Shown: piece after piece, positions 9,272 through 18,882 of the stretch
How positions within the stretch are numbered: position 1 is the first letter of the stretch
Layout: the number at the start of each line of letters is the position of its first letter
NCBI GenBank assembly: GCA_963932905.1
Contig: CAWVRN010000006.1
Location: 97,821 to 161,820, forward strand
Source: an uncultured Bdellovibrio sp.
GTDB taxonomy: Bacteria; Bdellovibrionota; Bdellovibrionia; Bdellovibrionales; Bdellovibrionaceae
Direction: 5' to 3'
DNA length: 64,000 nt
Position numbers and translations under genes: made by a program
Notes under the pieces: generated by a model
Told to the model about the DNA's origin: nothing
Databases searched by the model: none
What the model saw: the letters and a program-made list of their open reading frames with translations, nothing else

Positions 9272-10441
9272 CTACTGACTGGACTCGACGATAACCCGGG
9301 GAACACGAATGCTCATGCTGGTTAGAATTTCCCAAGGGATAGTCTCTAAAATTTCCGCGTATGTGGCAGCCGTTTGTTGATAGCCCATTTGCTCATTGTA
9401 ACCAAATAGAACTACGCCATCATTTTTTTCAATTTTTAAATTCATAATTGATGTCAGATCAATCATCAAATAGTCCATGCAAATATTTCCAACAATTGGA
9501 ACCAACTGTCCATGAACGCTGACTAGACCTTTGTTGGATAGATTTCTATGAACTCCGTCCGCATAACCAATTGGAACGATACCAATTACCGAATCCTTTT
9601 TAGCAATCCAGGTATGTCCATAAGATACCCCACTGCCCTTGCCAACAAAACGAATTTCACTTAGGTGTGATTTTAATGTCATCACTGGTTTAAGTTCACT
9701 TTGAAAATCATTTTTGAAATTCATTTTAGGCGCATACCCGTATAGCAACAACCCGGGGCGCACTCCCAGTCCATGATCAAACGCCGCTTTAGATTTGCTC
9801 TGTTCCGCGGCGATCCTTGATAAAAGCCCCGCAGAGTTTAATGCATGAATTGCGGGACCATATTTTTTAAAAATAGGTGCCACGTGCGCTAAAGCGGACA
9901 GCTGTCCCTGCGTTTTTCCATCAGGCTCAATACCATCTTCACCGCTATGAAGATGAGTCAGCAAGCCTTTCAAACGAAAATTTTTATTCTGCCAAAGAAA
10001 TTCATCAATTTTCGAAGCCTCTTTAACGGGAAAACCGAGACGATTCATTCCCGTATCAAACTTCACGTGAATGGGAATGGCTTTGCCTTTATTTGCTTGA
10101 GTTAAAAATTCAAGATGATCCCATTGACTAACTACCGGAATAAATCCACGCTCAACAATCTCATCCGCGCCTTGTTTATCGAATCCCCGGAAAACTAAAA
10201 TATTTGACTTGATACCAGCCTGTTGCAGCCACAAAGCTTCCTCTATCAAACAAACACCCATGTGATTCACACCTTCGGCCTCTAAACATTTCGCCACAAT
10301 GACATCTCCGTGGCCGTATCCATTGGCTTTAACCATGGGGCATAGGAAATTTTCCTTAGGAAAATGCGACCGAATCCATGAAAGATTGTGTTTTAAATGA
10401 TGTAGGTTTATTTCCGCGTAGGATTTTCTAAACAAGTTCAT
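9272..10441 (-). CDS. alr: Alanine racemase
   Basis: PLP lysine motif VKANGYGHG, DTGMNRLG, VRPG, VSYG, GYADG, ICMD. Confidence 0.97.
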   Translation of the reverse strand: MNLFRKSYAEINLHHLKHNLSWIRSHFPKENFLCPMVKANGYGHGDVIVAKCLEAEGVNHMGVCLIEEALWLQQAGIKSNILVFRGFDKQGADEIVERGFIPVVSQWDHLEFLTQANKGKAIPIHVKFDTGMNRLGFPVKEASKIDEFLWQNKNFRLKGLLTHLHSGEDGIEPDGKTQGQLSALAHVAPIFKKYGPAIHALNSAGLLSRIAAEQSKSKAAFDHGLGVRPGLLLYGYAPKMNFKNDFQSELKPVMTLKSHLSEIRFVGKGSGVSYGHTWIAKKDSVIGIVPIGYADGVHRNLSNKGLVSVHGQLVPIVGNICMDYLMIDLTSIMNLKIEKNDGVVLFGYNEQMGYQQTAATYAEILETIPWEILTSMSIRVPRVIVESSQ

Positions 10442-11925
10442 TACAACTCGTTTTCATCGACGCCGTAATCCGGTACAAAATTATCGGGAGCTTTGTAAAG
10501 ACAAATACGGTTTCCACCTTTTGAAGCAATAAAGCGCATAGACTTAACCGCCGAATCTTCTAACGAATCCTTATCACGGCACAAGCTTGGATATTCCGAA
10601 GCGCCAAGACTTACCGTTACTTTCAATCCGCTATCCATCAACGTGTGACTTTCTATCAAACGACGCAGACGTTCCGCACGCAGAGACGCACCTTTTCTAC
10701 TACAGTGAGGCAATATGATAGAAAATTCGTTGGCACCCGTACGGCATGTCACATCGTTTGCTCGGCCAGTTTTATTCATTACATTCGCCACTGATTTTAA
10801 AATCAAATCCCGAGTGGGTTCGCCCATAGATCGTTCTATCTCGTCAAAATCATCGATAGCTATTTTGATTAACGCCAGTGGCAGTTTCAAACGTTTCGCA
10901 CGTTCAAATTCATCGTGAAGCTTGTTATTGAAATATTTTTTGTTAAACAGTTCCGTCACGGTGTCTTGGATTTCCAGTTGGTTTAGTCGTTTTTCCAAAC
11001 AATAAACCGAATAATACAAGCTAGTAGCACAAACATAGTCTTGCATTTGATCAATCAGTGTATTCGCCGACTCTTGATCAAAAACAAAAACGCCTTCTAG
11101 AACGTCACGATCAAATAATGGAATCATCGATGGCCGTTGAAATGCAAACATGTTCGCTATCACTTGATTAAATGAAGCCGGCACAATATTTAGCAAAATC
11201 TGCTTCACTAAATCTTTTGTTTCTTCTGGATTCAGTGCACTGCCTAGACCTTCATGCACTTGATGGTTAGGCATTGAGGCATGTGACATCACGAACGAAT
11301 TCATGCTTGGTAAAAATTTAAAAAACAACAACGGCAGATTCGATAAATTTTGAAACAACATGCGAATGATATCTTCTTTGCTTTCGGCAATTCGATATTC
11401 ATTAATCATCTCAGAAATAGTTTTCAGAATAGGAATAGCTACTTTTGCCGTGCCTTCGTCCGCTTCCGCTTTTTCTACTTCTATCTTAGTTTTTTGCAAT
11501 TCAGAAAAAATCTGCTCGTTCTTATAAGTTAAGAAAATCGCTTCACAAGTGCGATTAACAGCCCAAAGCACACGCTCTTTTAAATACGGCATTTTGGTGT
11601 GAATCACTTCACGCACTCCATAGTCCGCATAGTTTACAAAAATCTGAAAATTATCTTCTTCGGTTAAAAAAATCAAAGCTACTTCAGAACTGAATTGATT
11701 GATTTTTTCGACATACTCGTTCAACGGTCTAGTTATTGAGCTTAAATCCAGTATCACTACATGAGGACCTATTTGTTGTAATCGATCCCAAAACGAGTCT
11801 TCATGTTCGATAAAAAATGATTCATAGCCAGCTTGAGAAATTTGAACTTTAACGGTTGAGCCTAAATCCAAATTACGTGAAAAAATCAAAACTTGAAATT
11901 GGGGTGCTAGTTCGCGAATGTTCAC
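10441..11925 (-). CDS. cdgA: REC-like + degenerate GGDEF (GANEF) protein, CdgA-like c-di-GMP receptor
   Basis: RANDVTCRTGANEF: intact RxxD I-site, degenerate A-site; N-terminal receiver-like fold (HVVILDLS). Confidence 0.75.
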   Translation of the reverse strand: MNIRELAPQFQVLIFSRNLDLGSTVKVQISQAGYESFFIEHEDSFWDRLQQIGPHVVILDLSSITRPLNEYVEKINQFSSEVALIFLTEEDNFQIFVNYADYGVREVIHTKMPYLKERVLWAVNRTCEAIFLTYKNEQIFSELQKTKIEVEKAEADEGTAKVAIPILKTISEMINEYRIAESKEDIIRMLFQNLSNLPLLFFKFLPSMNSFVMSHASMPNHQVHEGLGSALNPEETKDLVKQILLNIVPASFNQVIANMFAFQRPSMIPLFDRDVLEGVFVFDQESANTLIDQMQDYVCATSLYYSVYCLEKRLNQLEIQDTVTELFNKKYFNNKLHDEFERAKRLKLPLALIKIAIDDFDEIERSMGEPTRDLILKSVANVMNKTGRANDVTCRTGANEFSIILPHCSRKGASLRAERLRRLIESHTLMDSGLKVTVSLGASEYPSLCRDKDSLEDSAVKSMRFIASKGGNRICLYKAPDNFVPDYGVDENEL

Positions 11926-14213
11926 ATTGGCCTCCCCGGTTTTCTAATTGTTACTTTAAAATCGTCACTACTACGAGCCACCTTCACTTGATTACTCTCT
12001 TTTGGAGCCGTGATCAACGACGGCGGCGGCTTCGGTGGTTCTGCTTTAGCATGAATAATATTTGAAATATCTTGAGGAACTGGGATTGGTTGAGATGGCG
12101 CCGGAGGTGTCTGTTTTGGAATCTCGTTTGAAACTTCAAACAATTCATCTACGTCGACATTCAAATCAATCGGCTTGATGCTAATTGGTTTTGCAGACAA
12201 GTTTAATTCTTGGAACATTTCATTGTCTTCCGCCTGTTCAACAGTAACTGGCGCTTTGTCTTCTATTTTTTTCTCATCATCCATACTTAGCATCAAATCT
12301 TCTTTTATCGTTGGAATTTTTAGCTGAGTGGGTGCCAAAGCTCTTGGCGGTAAAGGCGCTGGTGTTTGCTCGAGTTTTTCTGGAGCGCGAACCACATCAT
12401 CCTCGTCGTCATCAATCACAATCACATCTTCTTCCGGAACTGGCGCATGCAGAGGCGGCGTCAAAACTTTTACGGTTACAGGTTCTGCCTGCAGAGTCAG
12501 TTCCTGCGGTTCCGATTCGGTTTCACGTGCTTCAATCACAGGCGCCGGAGGTATGGGTATATTTTCTACTTGCTCTGCCGTTTCTAGCCCGAATTCGACA
12601 AAAACACGAGCCCCTTTACCACGCTCAGAATCCACTTTCACATCGCCACTATGTTGCCTAACGATTCCAAGTGCCACTGTTAATCCCAGTCCCATGTGCT
12701 GGCCGACATTCAAAGATGTAAAGAAAGGGTCGAAAATTTTTTCACTAATTTCTTTTGGGATTCCTTCGCCATTATCTTCGATTAAAACCACAACTTTTTC
12801 ATTTTCCATATAAGTTTTGATTTTAATTTCCTTGTTCCCTTTACGATCCATGGCCTGAATTGAATTTTTCAAAATATTTTCAAACACAGTCACCAATTGA
12901 TTGACGTCCATATCAAAAGATTCTGTAGGTCCAATCTCTTTAGAAACTTTAACAACCTTCTGATAACAAAGGCTTTCTACGTTTTTGATCGCGCGTAATA
13001 GAGGCGTATCGATTTTAGTTTTGATTTTGTGTTGTTCTTTTTCACCAGCAAACAACAATAACTTGTCGATAATATCAGTAGCCGATCGAGCTTCCGCTTT
13101 GACCTTGCTCAACATTTTTAAAATTTCTTCTTTGGATTCGGTGGCGTTTCCTAATTGCACCAAAGACAAGATTTTAACCAATGGCGCTTTCATTTCATGC
13201 CCCAATGCAGACGCAATTTTCATATTGCTTTGTGCTCGGTCTTTGGAAACTTCGGTAGGTGAAGCTGGTTTTGCCTCGTTAGAGGGTCGAGCAATTGGGT
13301 TCGGGAATGACGACTGAGTTACTTCACCACGAGCCGTTTTCGGCGCAGCTGATACCACCCCCTCTTTGGGAAGAAGAAGGAACGAAACTCCGATCAAGAT
13401 AAATAAAAATCCAAAAGCGAAAAACGCAAACTGGCGACGAAATTCTTCTTTGCTTTTTATAATCTCAGACAGTGATGTTTGCGTATAAAGGTACAAGTCC
13501 ATGTTCGGAACTTTTTCCATCACGGCGAAAAACTCTTCCCCACTCGTTATCGCAAAGGATCCCGTCGACATCGTTTTATTATTTTCACGTAAGTCTTTTA
13601 TTACTGAATTTTCAAAAATCTTCTGTCCTACATATTCCGGCTTAACGTGCGACATACTGACAAGCTCTTTATTCACTAACGCTAATGTTGAACTTTGCGT
13701 TTTTTGAGTGTCCATTAAACTTTGTAAATTTTCGCCAAGGCTTACGAATACCCACATTTTGTCTTTCAATGGGACCAGCGTTAGCAACAATCGCTTTTTG
13801 CCCTGATCTTGAAAAAACTGATATGAAATCTGGGTCGTTTGAGGATTGATTTGGAAACTACGAACCACCTGAGTCAGGGTCTCTTTACTTAGATCAGAAA
13901 CAGGAGAGGCTTCCCGAAACAGCCATTCTACCATTTGATTTTTATCATTGAGTAAAGCCAAGGCAAAATAAGGGTGCATGCTGGCCCAGTTAACTCGGCG
14001 GTTGCCTTCGATATTCAGGTTTTGGGCCATTTTAGTTAAGAATTTAGCCTCAGCCTCATAGGCTGTCACCATGGTAGAAATCTGGTTCTTCATTTGAAGT
14101 TCCACATTCTCCACTTTATCGGCAAATAATGATTGCTCAAACTTGTTGTAAATGATCGACAAAAACAGCACAGATACAACAACTAAAGCGATTACAACTC
14201 TTATTCTGATCAA
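11922..14213 (-). CDS. Membrane sensor histidine kinase with long Pro/acid-rich C-terminal tail
   Basis: Two TMs flanking a Cache-like domain; H-box LGHEMKAPL, N-box NILKNSIQAM, DNGEGI, FDPFFT, GLGL. Confidence 0.9.
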   Translation of the reverse strand: MIRIRVVIALVVVSVLFLSIIYNKFEQSLFADKVENVELQMKNQISTMVTAYEAEAKFLTKMAQNLNIEGNRRVNWASMHPYFALALLNDKNQMVEWLFREASPVSDLSKETLTQVVRSFQINPQTTQISYQFFQDQGKKRLLLTLVPLKDKMWVFVSLGENLQSLMDTQKTQSSTLALVNKELVSMSHVKPEYVGQKIFENSVIKDLRENNKTMSTGSFAITSGEEFFAVMEKVPNMDLYLYTQTSLSEIIKSKEEFRRQFAFFAFGFLFILIGVSFLLLPKEGVVSAAPKTARGEVTQSSFPNPIARPSNEAKPASPTEVSKDRAQSNMKIASALGHEMKAPLVKILSLVQLGNATESKEEILKMLSKVKAEARSATDIIDKLLLFAGEKEQHKIKTKIDTPLLRAIKNVESLCYQKVVKVSKEIGPTESFDMDVNQLVTVFENILKNSIQAMDRKGNKEIKIKTYMENEKVVVLIEDNGEGIPKEISEKIFDPFFTSLNVGQHMGLGLTVALGIVRQHSGDVKVDSERGKGARVFVEFGLETAEQVENIPIPPAPVIEARETESEPQELTLQAEPVTVKVLTPPLHAPVPEEDVIVIDDDEDDVVRAPEKLEQTPAPLPPRALAPTQLKIPTIKEDLMLSMDDEKKIEDKAPVTVEQAEDNEMFQELNLSAKPISIKPIDLNVDVDELFEVSNEIPKQTPPAPSQPIPVPQDISNIIHAKAEPPKPPPSLITAPKESNQVKVARSSDDFKVTIRKPGRPM

Positions 14214-14334
14214 TTCTTTTCCCTGTCCAAATTCTGATTTCTATTTTACGGTTATTAGTTGCAAAGAAGCAAGTACGAGTATCAGTTGCCCTAAAGGAAA
14301 ATCACACGTATACAGGTGTGCAAAGAGGTAGTTC

Positions 14335-15951
14335 ATGAGTTACATCAAAACAGATTATCTAGTGGTGGGTTCTGGTTTAGCGGGATTGGCGGCCGCGCTT
14401 AAACTCTCGGCACTCGGTGATGTTCTGATTCTCACGAAAGAAAAAGTGGAAAATGCGAACTCGACTTGGGCCCAGGGGGGAATCGCTGCTGTTTTTTCAA
14501 ATGAAGACAGTTTTGACTCGCATATTCAGGATACTTTGGTCGCCGGGGCCGGCTTGTGCAATGTAGACGCGGTGAGAAATATTGTTACGCAAGCACCTGA
14601 TAGAATTCAGGATTTAATAAACTGGGGTGTAAAATTCGACCATCGAAAAACAGCCCAAGGCGATCATTTCGAAATGGATCTTACTAAAGAGGGTGGCCAC
14701 TCTTACCGACGCATTTTGCACTTCGAAGATCAAACTGGAAAACACATTCATCAAAAACTTTTAGAACGGGTTCGCCAAACTCCCAACATTAAAATTTTAG
14801 AAGAAACTTTCGCGATCGATTTGATCCTAAACAAACAGCTGAATGTTTGGAATATGAACCCTGCTGAATGTATGGGCTTGTACGCACTTAATAATCAAAC
14901 CGGCTATGTCGAATCGTATGTTGCTAGCCAAATTATTTTAGCAACGGGTGGATCTGGCAAAGTTTATAAATACACAACCAACTGGAGTGGCGCGACTGGC
15001 GATGGTATCGCCATCGCTTATCGAGCCGGAGCCCGCTTAGCTAATTTAGAATTCATGCAATTTCACCCGACATGCTTGTATCACAAAGATTCGCGCAATT
15101 TCTTGATCTCCGAAGCTTTACGCGGTGAAGGTGGCGAACTGATAGATGGTCAAGGCAATGCGTTCATGAAAAAGTATCACCCACTGGGATCCCTGGCTCC
15201 ACGTGATATTGTAGCTCGTTCAATTGATGCGGAAATGAAACGCTCGGGCGCCCCGTGCGTATTCTTACGAATGACTCATCTGGACGCTGAATTTTTAAAA
15301 CAGCGCTTTCCCGCCATTTATCAAAAGTGTTTAGAATTCCAAATCGACTTAACGACAACTCCGATTCCGGTCGTTCCCGCCGCTCACTACCTTTGTGGCG
15401 GTGTCGTGACCGATGTGGCTGGTCGCACAGATATCGATCGTCTTTGGGTGATTGGCGAATCGGCATGCACAGGTCTACATGGCGCGAATCGCTTGGCATC
15501 AAACTCACTTCTGGAATGTGTAGCCATGGCTGAAAACTTATTTATTGAGCTAAAAGACAAACCCAAATTAACTTCATTTACTCAGCCTAATCCATGGTTC
15601 TATCCACAAAAAACAGATGAAGACGAAATGATCGTTATTCATCATATGTGGAATGAAATCCGCGATATTATGTGGAACTATGTGGGTATTGTCCGCAGCA
15701 ACAAACGTCTTTCACGGGCACAATCGCGTCTTAAAAATATTATGTCCGAAGTGAAAGAATATTATTCTAATTTCAAAATTCACAAAGACATCATTGAACT
15801 TCGTAACATCGCCACTGTGGCACAAGCTATCGTCGAGTGCGCGTCAAAACGTGAAGATTCAATCGGTATTCACTATAACTTAGATAATCCAAATTCAAAT
15901 ATTAAGCAGGGAATCACTCCCAAAAACTCGGTTGTATACAGAAAGTATTAG
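14335..15951 (+). CDS. nadB: L-aspartate oxidase
   Basis: GSGLAGL, WAQGGIA, EGGHS, QFHPT, LAPRDIVAR, AAHYLCGG, HGANRLASNSLLE. Confidence 0.96.
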   Translation: MSYIKTDYLVVGSGLAGLAAALKLSALGDVLILTKEKVENANSTWAQGGIAAVFSNEDSFDSHIQDTLVAGAGLCNVDAVRNIVTQAPDRIQDLINWGVKFDHRKTAQGDHFEMDLTKEGGHSYRRILHFEDQTGKHIHQKLLERVRQTPNIKILEETFAIDLILNKQLNVWNMNPAECMGLYALNNQTGYVESYVASQIILATGGSGKVYKYTTNWSGATGDGIAIAYRAGARLANLEFMQFHPTCLYHKDSRNFLISEALRGEGGELIDGQGNAFMKKYHPLGSLAPRDIVARSIDAEMKRSGAPCVFLRMTHLDAEFLKQRFPAIYQKCLEFQIDLTTTPIPVVPAAHYLCGGVVTDVAGRTDIDRLWVIGESACTGLHGANRLASNSLLECVAMAENLFIELKDKPKLTSFTQPNPWFYPQKTDEDEMIVIHHMWNEIRDIMWNYVGIVRSNKRLSRAQSRLKNIMSEVKEYYSNFKIHKDIIELRNIATVAQAIVECASKREDSIGIHYNLDNPNSNIKQGITPKNSVVYRKY

Positions 15952-16011
15952 ACCTCTGTCTGGCCGACAAAAAGATGTCTTTTTGGAACGATTTCGTATC
16001 TAATTGTAGAT

Positions 16012-16869
16012 ATGCAATCACAATTTGAACGCAACGAAGGTTATTTTAAGGGCTATAAAAACGAATCACTTTTTTTCCAGTCTTGGCAGAAGAAAGATCC
16101 GGAACTAAACATCATCATCACTCATGGAATGGGCGAACATTCAGAATCCTACGCGCGTCTAGTAAATCATTTCGCTGACCAGAATATCAGTTTCTTTTCT
16201 TGGGATTTACGTGGTCACGGCCGCAGTAACGGCAAACGAGGGTATGCGGCAAATTTCAATGATTTTGTATACGATATGGAGATCTTTTTAGAAGAGGCAT
16301 TCAAAACCTTCAAATTCAAAGCCCCTGTTATTTTGCTTGGTCATTCAATGGGCGGCTTAATTCAAACAAAATTTTTAATTACGAATCCAAATAAATTTCA
16401 GATTAAAGCGCAAGTTTTAAGTTCGCCTCTATTTGGTTTTTCAGTAGCCGTACCACCTATAAAAGACAAAGCCGCACGCTTGCTTTACTCAACATTTCCC
16501 AAAGTGACCTTAGGCAACGAACTATCTCACGATATGCTAACTCGCGATAAGGCCGTAATAGCGGAATATGAAAAAGATCATTTACGCCATGAAGTCATTT
16601 CGTCAGGCATTTACTTAGGCATGATCGATAGTTTTAAAATGATTTTCCCACGCGCCCATGAAATTACTTTGCCTACGTTTATGCAAATTGCAGAAAATGA
16701 TCCCGTAGTATCATCAGCCAAAGCGAAAGAGTTTTTCGAATTGATTGGCGCTAGCAACAAACGAATTGTTATATACGGCGAAGGCGCTCGGCATGAAAAT
16801 TACAATGATATACATCGGGAAAAAGTTTTCCAAGATTTAGAGAAGAACTTAAAAGGATTAATCAAATGA
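16012..16869 (+). CDS. Alpha/beta hydrolase, lysophospholipase/monoacylglycerol lipase family
   Basis: HGMGEHS, DLRGHGRS, nucleophile GHSMGG, C-terminal RHE. Confidence 0.9.
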   Translation: MQSQFERNEGYFKGYKNESLFFQSWQKKDPELNIIITHGMGEHSESYARLVNHFADQNISFFSWDLRGHGRSNGKRGYAANFNDFVYDMEIFLEEAFKTFKFKAPVILLGHSMGGLIQTKFLITNPNKFQIKAQVLSSPLFGFSVAVPPIKDKAARLLYSTFPKVTLGNELSHDMLTRDKAVIAEYEKDHLRHEVISSGIYLGMIDSFKMIFPRAHEITLPTFMQIAENDPVVSSAKAKEFFELIGASNKRIVIYGEGARHENYNDIHREKVFQDLEKNLKGLIK

Positions 16870-17471
16870 TGCGCTTACTTCTATTGTTTATTATTGGCTT
16901 AGCCGTATCGTGTTCGCACAAAGACATTTCTCCATCACCAAACATAAAATTAATTTCCGAATCGGATTACTTGCAGACAGTAAAACGAAACTCCCGCCAA
17001 CAGCAAGTGTACTCAGGCCTATATAACTCGATCGATCTGACGGCGGCCGTTGTCAATACAGAGGTTTCTGAAGCACAGGTTGATCAAATGGCGCGAGTTT
17101 TCATCTGGGATGAAGCCAAATACACTCAGGAAAAGGCGACTGCCGACGGTAAATTGCGCAAAGAAGCAGAATTTTTCGTTAGTTTCTTTACCCCGGAACG
17201 TAAACACGATGATTTAAATAAAAATAAAACGCTGTGGAAGATTTTCTTGGACGTAGATGGAAAAAGATATGAAGGCAAAACAACAAAAATCAAATTGTTA
17301 ACGGAAGAACTACAAAGCTTGTATCCATTTCATACTCGGTTTTCGACACCGTATTCTATCGTTTTTCCGGTTCCAATGAAAAACATCGAAAGCGCCAACA
17401 CTATCAAACTAACCATCACTGGGCCTGTTGGGACATCAACGGTGGATTTCGGTAAAGCAGCATCGAACTGA
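16866..17471 (+). CDS. Hypothetical lipoprotein
   Basis: Lipobox LAVSC; ATGA coupling to the upstream hydrolase. Confidence 0.75.
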   Translation: MMRLLLLFIIGLAVSCSHKDISPSPNIKLISESDYLQTVKRNSRQQQVYSGLYNSIDLTAAVVNTEVSEAQVDQMARVFIWDEAKYTQEKATADGKLRKEAEFFVSFFTPERKHDDLNKNKTLWKIFLDVDGKRYEGKTTKIKLLTEELQSLYPFHTRFSTPYSIVFPVPMKNIESANTIKLTITGPVGTSTVDFGKAASN

Positions 17472-17491
17472 TGCTGCTTTGATCTCAGTAA

Positions 17492-17866
17492 TTACTCTCT
17501 GTTGAGTTTAACTTTTACTGACTCATTATTGTATCTAATAACCATTACTTTCGCTTCCGCAGCTACCGGTAAATTAGCTAAATCAAATTTATAAACTTTA
17601 GGTTCTACGACTTGATCAGGGCAAATCATACGAGTCGCGCCTACAATAAGTTCTGTATCACAAACAACCGCATAATTACGAGTCGCGCGATCTTTATTGC
17701 ACAAACCACCAACTTGTACGTTTACTGACATGGTATTGCAGTCGCCTAAGAACGTCACGTACAAATAGTTTTTATATGTGAACGCACCAAATGATGCTGG
17801 AGTTGCTGCTGTTGCAGAGAACGCGAAAGAAGACAAAAACAAAGATGCTAAAAGAATAAGTTTCAT
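17492..17866 (-). CDS. Small secreted Cys-containing hypothetical protein
   Basis: Signal peptide; 4 Cys; AGGGGG RBS; TTGACC-N17-TACCAA upstream. Confidence 0.75.
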   Translation of the reverse strand: MKLILLASLFLSSFAFSATAATPASFGAFTYKNYLYVTFLGDCNTMSVNVQVGGLCNKDRATRNYAVVCDTELIVGATRMICPDQVVEPKVYKFDLANLPVAAEAKVMVIRYNNESVKVKLNRE

Positions 17867-17926
17867 GGCGTAAGCCCCCTTTAATATGGCTAATTGGTAA
17901 CGTCATTAAAACTAGGGGTCAAGAAT

Positions 17927-18112
17927 TTATCTTTTGAAAGCTCTATCCACAAAATAATCAAATACCTTGGGGAGATAATGGGACAGTTTTAAATTTGCTC
18001 CCGTAAAACCAGATGGTTTCAACACATCCAAATCCATACGAATCGCCTTATAAATCAATTCAACGTACTTTGACGCTCGGAGTGAGCGCTACCTCATATC
18101 GTTAGTAACCAC
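17927..18112 (-). pseudogene. Possible decayed gene remnant resembling the C-terminus of an SDR oxidoreductase
   Basis: Frame VVTNDMR*RSLRASKYVELIYKAIRMDLDVLKPSGFTGANLKLSHYLPKVFDYFVDRAFKR* with an internal TAG at 18089-18091. Confidence 0.3.
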
Positions 18113-18116
18113 TGTG

Positions 18117-18842
18117 TTATTTTTTATCTGCATAGCCCCAACCTTTTAAAACTTCAGCTTCTTCTGCTTGGCTTTTTACTTTTTTAAACTTAGCGCCGGA
18201 AGCACCTTTCACACGTTGTTCACATTCCGCCCAAGTTTTGTGACGTTCTAGAACTCCGTTTTTTAAAGAAAGATAATAATTAGCTTCGCTAGATTCCTTT
18301 TTCTTAAAACTGGTGTCTGGAATAGGTTCTGTCTTGGGCACCTCGAACATATCAAATCCGTAATGAGCGTTATCGCCTTCATAAAGATCGACATACTTTC
18401 CGGTAGAGAAACACACGGCGATTTCATCACAGCGTTCATTTCCCGACACACCCGAATGTCCACGTACATAGTTCCATTTAATTTTTTTATCACCCAGATC
18501 AGAAAGCTGTCGTTGCAAAGCTTGCCAAAATTCTTTATTAGCGACGTCTTTACCTTCACCATTTTTCCATCCACGAAACGCCCAACCCTTGAGCCATTTT
18601 GTGGCTCCATTCAGAACGTAGGAAGAATCGGTATAGTAAATGATTTGATCGAAAGAAATGTCTTTAAGATAATGAAGACCTTCAATTAAACCTTGAAGCT
18701 CCATCTGATTATTTGTCGTCATGGCTCGGCCACCGCCCAGCTCTATAACTTTATTATTGGGTAATCCAAGGATGGTGGCCCAACCACCTCTCCCCGGATT
18801 CCCGCTGCATGCTCCGTCTGAGTACATTATCACTGTTTTCAC
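18117..18842 (-). CDS. rnhA: Ribonuclease HI with C-terminal hybrid-binding (viroplasmin-like) domain
   Basis: SDGACSGNPG, TTNNQMEL, TDSSYV, VRGHSG, NERCD; C-terminal KTWAECEQRVKG...AKFKK. Confidence 0.92.
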   Translation of the reverse strand: MKTVIMYSDGACSGNPGRGGWATILGLPNNKVIELGGGRAMTTNNQMELQGLIEGLHYLKDISFDQIIYYTDSSYVLNGATKWLKGWAFRGWKNGEGKDVANKEFWQALQRQLSDLGDKKIKWNYVRGHSGVSGNERCDEIAVCFSTGKYVDLYEGDNAHYGFDMFEVPKTEPIPDTSFKKKESSEANYYLSLKNGVLERHKTWAECEQRVKGASGAKFKKVKSQAEEAEVLKGWGYADKK

Positions 18843-18882
18843 AGATCAAGCCTAAAACGGCAGCTTTAAAAATTCAACTAAC

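Noticed and set aside
17943..17951. DnaA box / replication origin
   Set aside because: A single mismatched box (CTATCCACA) with no cluster and no dnaA-region genes.
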